Shown here: positions 20,449 to 28,517 of the stretch, one piece after another | Layout: each line of letters opens with the position of its first letter | How positions within the stretch are numbered: position 1 is the first letter of the stretch | Assembly: GCA_963800815.1 (NCBI GenBank) | Contig: CAWDCP010000002.1 | Span: 12,437-76,436 of the forward strand | DNA: 64,000 nt | Direction: 5' to 3' | From: an uncultured Solirubrobacteraceae bacterium | GTDB taxonomy: Bacteria > Actinomycetota > Thermoleophilia > Solirubrobacterales > Solirubrobacteraceae | Notes under the pieces: generated by a model | Database searches by the model: none | Told to the model about the DNA's origin: nothing | What the model saw: only the letters and a program-made list of their open reading frames with translations | Translations under genes and position numbers: made by a program

Positions 20449-20489
20449 GCGCACCCGGCCCGCTCAGCATCGAAGGGCGGAGGTGATCG

Positions 20490-21782
20490 GTGAGCGGCAG
20501 TCGGCGCAGCGGCGAGGCCCCGACGATCCGATTCGATCTCGGGGCGCCGTGGCCGCTCCGCCGGCGCGTCGCAGACGTCGGGTTCCGGCGCGCTCTGTTC
20601 GTGTCCTCCCCGATCGGCCTCGGACACATTCACCGTGATCTCGAGATCGCGAGAGAGCTGCGAGCAGCGATGCCCGAGCTCGAGATCGAATGGCTGGCCC
20701 AGGATCCGGTGACGCGCGTGCTCGCCCGTGAGGGCGAGACGATCCACCCAGCCAGCAGTGGGCTCGCGAATGAGGCCGCGTACTGGACGGCCGAAGCGGT
20801 GGGGCACGAGCTCAACTGCTTCGAGGCGTTCCGGCACATGGACGAGATCCTGGTCGCGAACTTCATGGTCTTCCATGACGTCGTCTCCGACACCGCCTAT
20901 GACCTGTGGGTCGCCGACGAGGGCTGGGAGATCGACCATTTCCTGCACGAGCACCCGGCCCTGAAGACGGCGCCATTCGTGTGGCTGACCGACTTCGTCG
21001 GCCATCTTCCGCTTCCGGAGGGAGGAGAGCGCGAGGCAGAGCTGACCGCCGACTACAACGCTGAAATGGTCGAGCACATCGATGCGCACGCCGGAGTTCG
21101 AGACCGCGCGATCTTCATCGGCGATCCCGACGACGCCGTCGAGGAGCCGCTTGGCCCGGAACTGCCGAGCGTCCGCGAGTGGACCGAGGAGCACTTCGAA
21201 TGCGTGGGGTACGTGGGCCGCTTCGCACCGGCTCCGCTCGGCTCTCGCAGCGCCCTGCGGGCCGAGCTCGGCTACGGCGAGGACGAGCACGTCTGCCTCG
21301 TCACCGTCGGGGGCTCCGGGGTGGGAGAGGTGCTGCTCCAGCGCGCCGTTGCCGCGCTGCCCCACGCCCGCGCACGCGACCCGCGTCTGCGGATGGTCGC
21401 CGTCGCCGGCCCGAGGATCGATCCGGGGCACATCGATCACGGCGAAGGCTTGGAGGTCCACGCGTTTGTTCCCAACCTGCCCCGACACATCGCGGCGTGT
21501 GACGTCGCGATCGTGCAGGGAGGTCTCGCCACCGGCATGGAGCTCACCGCCGCGAGGCGACCGTTCCTCTACGTACCGCTCGAGCGGCATTACGAGCAGC
21601 TGATCCACGTGGACCACCGCCTCCGCCGCCATCGCGCGGGGAGGTGCGTCCGGTTCGCCGAGACCGAGCCCGAGCCGCTCGCGGAGGCGATGCTCGAGCA
21701 GCTCGACGCATCGTCCGACTATCTTCCGATCGACCCGTCGGCAGCCAGACGGGCGGCCGGACTGATCGCGGAGCTGCTGTGA
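20490..21782 (+). CDS. GT-B glycosyltransferase (GT1/GT28-like)
   Basis: SSPIGLGH, VTVGGSG, FVPNLPRHIAACDVAIVQGGLATGMEL, HYEQ. Confidence 0.85.
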   Translation: MSGSRRSGEAPTIRFDLGAPWPLRRRVADVGFRRALFVSSPIGLGHIHRDLEIARELRAAMPELEIEWLAQDPVTRVLAREGETIHPASSGLANEAAYWTAEAVGHELNCFEAFRHMDEILVANFMVFHDVVSDTAYDLWVADEGWEIDHFLHEHPALKTAPFVWLTDFVGHLPLPEGGEREAELTADYNAEMVEHIDAHAGVRDRAIFIGDPDDAVEEPLGPELPSVREWTEEHFECVGYVGRFAPAPLGSRSALRAELGYGEDEHVCLVTVGGSGVGEVLLQRAVAALPHARARDPRLRMVAVAGPRIDPGHIDHGEGLEVHAFVPNLPRHIAACDVAIVQGGLATGMELTAARRPFLYVPLERHYEQLIHVDHRLRRHRAGRCVRFAETEPEPLAEAMLEQLDASSDYLPIDPSAARRAAGLIAELL

Positions 21783-21783
21783 G

Positions 21784-22704
21784 ATGCGACGTCCCCGGGA
21801 CCCGGACGAACAGGGACACATCGACAACGACGGCGTCCAGATCTTCTATGAGCTCTACGAGCACGACGCACCGACGCTGCTGCTGCTGCCGCCGGTCGCG
21901 TTCAGCCACTCGCGAGCCTGGAAGGGCCAGGTCCCGTATCTCAGCCGGCACTTCCGCGTGCTGACCTTCGACGGTCGCGGCAACGGCAAGAGCGACCGGC
22001 CTTCCCAACCGGCGGCATACGCACCCGCGTGCTTCGTAGCCGACACGCTCGCCGTGATGGACCACACGGCGACTGAACGCGTGATCGTCGCGGTGCTCGG
22101 ACCGCGGTCGATCTGCGCGCTGCACCTGGCGGTCGACCACGCCGAGCGCGTCGCTGGAATCGCGCTGCTCGCACCGGACCTGTTCGCTGATCCCGAGTTC
22201 GCGGAGGCGTGGCGAGCCGGGCCGGACGAGGAGCACACCGGGTTCGGCGCCTTCAACCCGCATCTGATGCGCTCGGACTGGCCCCGGTTCCTGGACGAAT
22301 GGTCGCGGGTGATGTTCCCGCACCCCCATTCGAGCCGACAGATCGAGGACATGGTCAGCTACGGCCTCGAGACCGACGGCGAGACGTTCATCGCCTCGAC
22401 GATCGGAACCCGGTACCCCCCACCGGACGACGTGCTCGACCTCGCGCGGCGACTGCGATGCCCCTGCGTTGTCACCCAGTGGGGATCGTCGATGTGGACG
22501 GCGCGAAACAGCAGTGAGTTCGCGCACGCGGCGGGAGCTCCGCTGGTCCTGTTCGAGGGTCTCGGCCCCGGCGTCAGCTTCCGTTGGCCTGTTGCTCTCA
22601 ACCTGCTGCTGCGCGAATTCGCCGAATCCGTCCGCGGCGGGCGTGACCCGGACTACGGCCGCTGGAACCCGGCGTTATCGTCCGCTGACGATGAGGGTGC
22701 GTGA
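21784..22704 (+). CDS. Alpha/beta-fold hydrolase homolog lacking recognisable catalytic Ser and His
   Basis: FRVLTFDGRGNGKSDRP present; nucleophile elbow reads AVLGPRSI; His loop reads EGLGPG. Confidence 0.8.
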   Translation: MRRPRDPDEQGHIDNDGVQIFYELYEHDAPTLLLLPPVAFSHSRAWKGQVPYLSRHFRVLTFDGRGNGKSDRPSQPAAYAPACFVADTLAVMDHTATERVIVAVLGPRSICALHLAVDHAERVAGIALLAPDLFADPEFAEAWRAGPDEEHTGFGAFNPHLMRSDWPRFLDEWSRVMFPHPHSSRQIEDMVSYGLETDGETFIASTIGTRYPPPDDVLDLARRLRCPCVVTQWGSSMWTARNSSEFAHAAGAPLVLFEGLGPGVSFRWPVALNLLLREFAESVRGGRDPDYGRWNPALSSADDEGA

Positions 22705-23263
22705 TCTGTTTCGGACAGACGTAGCAGGGGCGTTCGCCGGCCTGGCCGGCACCGTCGCGATGGATGCGCGTTGGTACCGGCGCTATCGCGCCTCGGGGGG
22801 TGAGAGCGGCCCGCTCGAGTGGGAGTTCGGAGCCAAGCCGACCACATGGGACGAGGCCGCCGCTCCGGCGAAGGTGGGCAAGCTCGTCCTCGAGACGATC
22901 ACCGGCCGGGAGGTCCCGATCGAGCGGGCCGGCACGCTCACGAACGTCATGCACTGGGGCTACGGCAAGCTCTGGGGCGTCAACTACGCGCTCGTCGCCG
23001 GCCGCTCCGGCGCACCGCCCGTTCTCCGCACCGGACTTGTCTTCGGCACGCTGGTGTGGGCCGGCGACTACGTGCTGTTGCCGGCGTTGGGGATCTACAA
23101 GCCGATCTGGGAGTACGACCGCGCAACGCTGCAGGACGACCTCACCGCGCACCTCGTCTACGGCGTCGGGACGGCGCTGGCCTTCCGGGTACTGGCCGGG
23201 GGCGACGGAGCAACCGTCGCCGCCCTCCCGCTCTGGCCGCGTGGGCGCCGGACGCACACGTAG
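22691..23263 (+). CDS. Membrane protein (DUF1440-like)
   Basis: Overlaps upstream stop; AGLAGTVAMD, HWGYG, GIYKP, AHLVYG; three to four hydrophobic segments. Confidence 0.75.
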   Translation: MRVRDLFRTDVAGAFAGLAGTVAMDARWYRRYRASGGESGPLEWEFGAKPTTWDEAAAPAKVGKLVLETITGREVPIERAGTLTNVMHWGYGKLWGVNYALVAGRSGAPPVLRTGLVFGTLVWAGDYVLLPALGIYKPIWEYDRATLQDDLTAHLVYGVGTALAFRVLAGGDGATVAALPLWPRGRRTHT

Positions 23264-23298
23264 CGCTGACCCTGATCGAGCACGACCTGACGCTGAAC

Positions 23299-23369
23299 GA
23301 CGGCGCGCCGGCCCGTGGCCGGCGCGCCGTCAGAGGCTTTGCGCGGCGGGATCTCACCCGCCGCGCAAA
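23299..23369. terminator. Two tandem hairpins between convergent genes
   Basis: 15-bp stem 23299-23331 and 13-bp stem TTTGCGCGGCGGG/CCCGCCGCGCAAA 23338-23369. Confidence 0.8.
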
Positions 23370-23393
23370 CTGGTTGAGCTTGCTACTTACGGT

Positions 23394-24185
23394 CTACGAG
23401 CACTTGGCGGAACCGACCACCGTCTGCGTGCTCGTCGTGCCACCGGGCTGACCCGGGTAGTTGAGCGCCGAGAACGACTGCGCCCACGGACGCTTGCCGG
23501 CCTTGCAGCCAACCGACTGCAGGTAGCCGACCGTCTTGCCCTTGACCCTGGTCGTCAGCTTGAACCAGGTCAGCTTCTCCACGCTCAGCGAGGAGTAGAC
23601 GCCGGTCAGGTTGGCGACCTTGACCGAGATGTCCTTCGGCTGCGGAACGTCGAGCACCATGTTCTTGCCCTGGTAGCTCACGTAGCCGTAGAACGGTGCG
23701 GTGGCGCCGGTCTGCAGGCCGCCGCACTGCGACGCCGACTTGGCGGTGAAGAAGAACACGAGCTTGTTCCCGCCGGCGTTCCACACATCGAGGCCGGGGT
23801 TGCAGGGCGTGCCCGCCGACTTCGGATCCGAGGCCGCTCCCAACAGAGAGTTCACGGTTCCGGTGGCGACCTCCGCCTTCGGGTTACAGACGTTGTCGTT
23901 CTTCGCCGTGGCGATCTTGTTCAGGCTGCAGGTCGGGAACAGATTCCCGTTCGCCTTGATGCCGTAGATCGAGGTCTTCAGATCAGTCAACGGTGCCGCG
24001 CGGTTACCGCTCGTGCCGTTTGCACCGTAGGTCAGGTTGTAGCCGAGCGCGACGGGTGACTTCGCGCTGCCGGCCTTGGACGATGAGAACTTGAAGCTCG
24101 CCGAATACGTGTTGAACGAAGCGAACGCGGCACTCGCTCCGACCAGCATGGCGAGCGCCGTGCCGATGATGATGGTACGTCGCAA
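23394..24185 (-). CDS. Secreted beta-rich hypothetical protein with six Cys
   Basis: RBS AGGAG; signal peptide ending ASAAFA; strong GC3 codon bias. Confidence 0.85.
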   Translation of the reverse strand: MRRTIIIGTALAMLVGASAAFASFNTYSASFKFSSSKAGSAKSPVALGYNLTYGANGTSGNRAAPLTDLKTSIYGIKANGNLFPTCSLNKIATAKNDNVCNPKAEVATGTVNSLLGAASDPKSAGTPCNPGLDVWNAGGNKLVFFFTAKSASQCGGLQTGATAPFYGYVSYQGKNMVLDVPQPKDISVKVANLTGVYSSLSVEKLTWFKLTTRVKGKTVGYLQSVGCKAGKRPWAQSFSALNYPGQPGGTTSTQTVVGSAKCS

Positions 24186-24344
24186 TGAATTGACTCCTGT
24201 TGAGGTGGAACTCGCTGTGTCCCAGCCGAGCCGACCGCTGCCTCACTGCAGGGGTCGTGCTTATAGGAACACGGCCGGTTGTCCGTTGTTACCGACCCCG
24301 AAGAATCTTCAGCGACTCTTCATTTGGGGCAGACTGCGACCATT

Positions 24345-25889
24345 TCAGCGCCCTCCGGACTGCTGCACGAGCACCGCGAGCGGGTCAGCTGGCTCCAGTC
24401 CGAGCGCGGCCAACTGCGTCGGCTGCTCGGGCACCGGAGCGCGGGCGCGGTAGCGCAGGACGGTGTAGCTCTCCGTGTGCCGGCGCCCCACGAGCGTGAA
24501 TCCGGGCAAGGTGGGTGGCACGGCGGGATTCGGAGGCGCTGCCGAGACGCGGGCGCCGGACGGACGGTAGACGAGCGCGACGACGTCGACCTCGCGGACG
24601 GCCGTGCCGGGCGGAAAGTCCGAGAGGCCCGACATGTAGGCGCCAAGCGCCGCGGCGGCGGAATGGTCGGCGACGATCGCCCGCGTCAGCGTGGCCTTCC
24701 CCAGTGCCCGGGCGGCACCACGCCAGTCCATGCGCTGGAACTCCGGCGTGGTGATCACGCCGATCACGGAGACCAGGCTGGTCACGACCAGCGCGAGCAG
24801 CGTGAGCGCGCCGGCTCTCCCCGCGCGCGCGGCGCCGAGGCCGGCCGCCACCACGACGACGAGGGCGGGGAAGCTCGGGAGCAGGTTGCGCGTGTTGACG
24901 TAATCGGTGCCGAGCGCCGCGACGATCACTGCGAGTAGCACCGTCCCCGTGCCCACGGCGAGCGGTAGCAGCACCGCATGGCGCTCGCGCCGCGATCCGC
25001 GCTGCAGCAGGAGCAGCAGCGCGAGGAGCACGAGCAGCACCGCGACGATGCTCGTGGCCGTCTTCAGCGGCTCGTCGAAACCGACGATGTCCTGCTTGAC
25101 GAGCTGGGCGAGGCGGTAGACGATCGATCCGAAGTGCTCGGAGATGAAGCCCGCGCGCCCATCGTTCTGATGGATGGCCAGCGGAAGCAGCGCCGCGCCG
25201 GCGACCACGACCGGCCCGAGCGCGACCGCGACGCGGGCGGCCGTCAGCCGCTGAGCCGAGCGCAGGGCGAACAGCAGCCACAACGCTTCGGCTGCGACCA
25301 GGAACACCGCGAAGTAATGGACGCACAGCGCCACCGCTCCGCTCAGGCCCCAGAGCAGCAGGCGCCGAGCGCTCGGCGCCTCGAGCGCCCACACCAGCGC
25401 CCACAGCGACAACGCGCTGAGGAGCACGAGCAGGGCGTAGGAACGCGCCTCCTGGGAGTACCAGAACAGGATCGGGTTGACCGCCGTGATCAGCGCCGCG
25501 ACGAGGCCGACGCGCTCGGACACGAGCCGACGGGCGAGCAACCACACGAGCGGGATCGTGAGCGTGCCGCACAGCGCCGAGAAGGAGCGCAATCCGACCT
25601 CGTAGGTGCCGAACACGCGCGACCACAGCCACACGAGCAGGTAGTACAACGGCGGCGTGGACTCGCTCTTGGGAATCGTCGACAGGACGTGCCCGAGGCT
25701 GTGGGCCACGATGCCGTGGGTGATCGCCTCGTCGTACCAGAAGCTCTGCTCCCCCAGCGTCGGGAAGCGCACGAGGATCCCGAGCAGCACAATCCCGGCC
25801 AGCAGCCACAGGTTGCGGGAGCCGGCTCGGCGCGCGGCGCCGTGAACGGACTCGGGCGCAAGCTGCTGAAAACGATCGGCGGCGATCAT
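24345..25889 (-). CDS. Glycosyltransferase family 39 (PMT-like, GT-C)
   Basis: SFWYDE, ESTPPLYY, YSQEARSYA; many transmembrane segments. Confidence 0.88.
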   Translation of the reverse strand: MIAADRFQQLAPESVHGAARRAGSRNLWLLAGIVLLGILVRFPTLGEQSFWYDEAITHGIVAHSLGHVLSTIPKSESTPPLYYLLVWLWSRVFGTYEVGLRSFSALCGTLTIPLVWLLARRLVSERVGLVAALITAVNPILFWYSQEARSYALLVLLSALSLWALVWALEAPSARRLLLWGLSGAVALCVHYFAVFLVAAEALWLLFALRSAQRLTAARVAVALGPVVVAGAALLPLAIHQNDGRAGFISEHFGSIVYRLAQLVKQDIVGFDEPLKTATSIVAVLLVLLALLLLLQRGSRRERHAVLLPLAVGTGTVLLAVIVAALGTDYVNTRNLLPSFPALVVVVAAGLGAARAGRAGALTLLALVVTSLVSVIGVITTPEFQRMDWRGAARALGKATLTRAIVADHSAAAALGAYMSGLSDFPPGTAVREVDVVALVYRPSGARVSAAPPNPAVPPTLPGFTLVGRRHTESYTVLRYRARAPVPEQPTQLAALGLEPADPLAVLVQQSGGR

Positions 25890-26077
25890 CTCGGGAGACC
25901 TTAGGGCGCGCGTCTGATGCAATGCCCCGCGCATCCTCAGCGGGACGAGCAGATACGCGGATCAAGAGCTCGGTCTGGTGGTGGGCTGGCGGCGTGTGCG
26001 CTCGAGTGGCTTCGCCTCGAGGGCCGCTTCCAGCTCCCCGCGGGCCCACGCGGCGCGAACGCCTGTCTGCCAACTGC

Positions 26078-26674
26078 TCACATGATCCGCGCGGTCCGGC
26101 GCTTTCCGCCGTGCAGCCAGGAGATCGTCGATCCCGACACGCGCAGGCCGGAGATCTGGCTGGGTTGCGCGGCGCTGTCCACCGTCCGGAAGTCGAAGTT
26201 CCGATTGCTGCGGCGGTCCCACACCTGGACCTGCGTCGAACCGCCCTGGAAATCGTCGACCCAGGCCAGCGCTCCGGTCGCGGTCATCACGAAACCAGAT
26301 CTCGCCGAGTCATCGGGTGTCGAGGGATCGCCGTAGAGCAGCCTGCGGCGGCGCAGGTCGAACGACTCGATCAGGTGGGTCGTGATCTGGAGTTCGGAGT
26401 CGTCGCAGTACACGTCGATCCCGATGTAGCGTTCAGAGGCCAGCCGCACCGTCAGCAGCCGGCAGGCTGCGGGCGGGTTGAACAGCGTCTCGAGCTCGAA
26501 CGGACTGCTCCCGGAGCGGCAGCCGTACACGGTGTCGCGCGTGACGAGCACGACGAGGGAGCGCGAGTGCGCGAGTTGCCTCGCTCCCGCGACGTGACAT
26601 CGGCCGGCCGAGGCCGCTCCGGACGCTGCCGGTACGAGCAGAGCGGTGGCACAGAGCAGGGCTGTGGTGGCCAC
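26078..26674 (-). CDS. Secreted hypothetical protein
   Basis: Signal-peptide-like start; beta-rich with four mature Cys; coding-like codon use. Confidence 0.7.
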   Translation of the reverse strand: MATTALLCATALLVPAASGAASAGRCHVAGARQLAHSRSLVVLVTRDTVYGCRSGSSPFELETLFNPPAACRLLTVRLASERYIGIDVYCDDSELQITTHLIESFDLRRRRLLYGDPSTPDDSARSGFVMTATGALAWVDDFQGGSTQVQVWDRRSNRNFDFRTVDSAAQPSQISGLRVSGSTISWLHGGKRRTARIM

Positions 26675-26708
26675 GGCACCGACCCCGGCCCGCGCCCGGC
26701 GAGACCGA

Positions 26709-27466
26709 TCAGCAGCCGGCGCGGTCGTAGTCTCCCCAGAGGTTCGACGGGAACGGCGGGTTCGTGGTCTGGCCCGGGTTGTTGGGATCCGGAATCTCCT
26801 TGAGGGTGTAGTGGACCTTGCAGGTCAGCGTGTCCGGGGACCAGGAGAAGAACGTGCCGCCGGTCCACTGGCCGTGCTTGTCACGCTTCCCGCGGCTCTC
26901 GCAGTACCCGGCGCCCGCGGCCGCGCCCGCGGCTGCGGCGAAGTCGGAGTCCTCCGGCGAGCCGTGGTGCGCGATCCTGGCCAGATCCAGCGCCTGCCGT
27001 CCCCAGAAGCTCGGGAGCACGGCGCAGGACCAGGCGCGTCCGGCGGGCTTGCCCGCCTTGTGCAGCACGGCGGTCTGCACGTGGGTCGCGTACGCGAGCA
27101 TGTTCGACAGGACTTGGCCGGCGCCGTCGTCGTGAGGGGCATCGAAGATGACAGCGTCGGCCTGGTTGTCCGCCAGCTTGCACAGCGAGGTCGAGCTCGC
27201 GTACACGCGCCACTCGTCGCTGACCGTGGCCTCCGCGTAGCTCAGCCAGCTCACCCACGGCGGCGTGATCAGACCGTGGCACGCCTTGGCGCGGTGCCCG
27301 TAGTTGGCGATGTAGGTGCCGACGAGGGCCTCGGTCGTGGCCGTCTTGGCCGATGCCGCCCGGCATCGAGGCATGCCGTGCCGGTGAGCGCCAGCACGCT
27401 CGCCATGAGCGTCACCGCGCCCCGGCGCCGCGACCACGAAGTCCTGTGTCCATTGCCAATCCGCAC
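26709..27466 (-). CDS. Secreted Cys-containing hypothetical protein, frameshifted near 27361
   Basis: Signal peptide (RRRGAVTLMASVLALTGTACLDAG) is in another frame and joins AASAKTATT if one G is restored in a G run. Confidence 0.65.
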
Positions 27467-27510
27467 GCCAACCCCCTATCCAATCCAGATGGTCCCAGGC
27501 TCGCGCGACT

Positions 27511-27726
27511 CTATAGCGCCAGCACAGCCACGACCACCACAGCCGGGATGGCGAGGACGAAGGCCGCGCGTACGGTCGAGCGCCGCAGCCGCAGAGCCGT
27601 TGGGGCCAGCGCGGGCCGGATCAGACCGACGGGCACGATCCGCAACACCGGCCACTGACGGCGCACCCAGCTGACGATCAGGGCCTCGATCCGTCGATCG
27701 AGGGCGGCGCCGGGCGAGCTGCGCAT
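27511..27726 (-). CDS. Small membrane protein
   Basis: C-terminal hydrophobic helix; TATTCT 6 nt before ATG. Confidence 0.55.
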   Translation of the reverse strand: MRSSPGAALDRRIEALIVSWVRRQWPVLRIVPVGLIRPALAPTALRLRRSTVRAAFVLAIPAVVVVAVLAL

Positions 27727-27833
27727 CGCGTCAGAATAGGGTCGGCGGCCGCGCCCTGCGAGCATGCAAGGGGTTGCCCACCAAGGCCGTTGGCTCGGTC
27801 AACCGCCGAGCCCAGCGCTGCGTACTTCCGTTC

Positions 27834-28370
27834 ATGGCCATCTTCTCAACTCTGCGCATGTACCTCCGGCGGCCCCGCAAGCTCGCCGACCCGACCGATC
27901 TGTACGCCCATCGCGTGAGACTGCTCGACGGCACCGAGCTCGACCTCGAAGCCCTGCGCGGACGCCCCACCCTGATCGTCAACACCGCCAGCAAATGCGG
28001 CTACACGCCGCAGTATCAGGGTCTGCAGGAGCTCCACGAGCGTTTCGGCAGTCGCGGCCTGCAGGTGCTCGGGACCCCATCCGGCGACTTCGCCGGCCAG
28101 GAGTACGACGACGCCGGCGAGATCGGCAGCTTCTGTGAGAAGAACTACGGCGTCAGCTTCCCGCTGACCGAGAAGATGTCGGTCCGTGCCGACCCGGACC
28201 CGCTGTGGTCCGATCTGGCCCGGCAACCGGGCTCGGGGGCGCCCGCGTGGAACTTCACGAAGTACCTCATCGGTGGCGACGGCCGCCTGGTGGCGCGCTG
28301 GCCGACGAAGGTTCCGCCCGACGATCCCCAGATCATCGCGGCGCTCGAATCCGCCCTGCCGCCGGACTGA
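27834..28370 (+). CDS. gpx: Glutathione peroxidase-family protein (Cys type)
   Basis: VNTASKCGYTPQY, FAGQE, FCEKNYGVSFP, WNFTKYL. Confidence 0.92.
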   Translation: MAIFSTLRMYLRRPRKLADPTDLYAHRVRLLDGTELDLEALRGRPTLIVNTASKCGYTPQYQGLQELHERFGSRGLQVLGTPSGDFAGQEYDDAGEIGSFCEKNYGVSFPLTEKMSVRADPDPLWSDLARQPGSGAPAWNFTKYLIGGDGRLVARWPTKVPPDDPQIIAALESALPPD

Positions 28371-28453
28371 CGCTCCTGCCGGCCGGCGGCCGGCGAAAAC
28401 AGACAACTGTCGGTGTCCACGCGCGAGTCTGGATTGCGGCGAGAGGCCGTGGG

Positions 28454-28459
28454 TATAGT
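28454..28459 (+). promoter_or_regulatory. -10 element upstream of aceE
   Basis: TATAGT about 60 nt before the ATG; -35 weak (TGGATT). Confidence 0.5.
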
Positions 28460-28517
28460 GCGAATTCCAGTACCGGTCACGGTAAGTCCTCACGTTGGAG
28501 AGCGTGCACAGCGGCCC

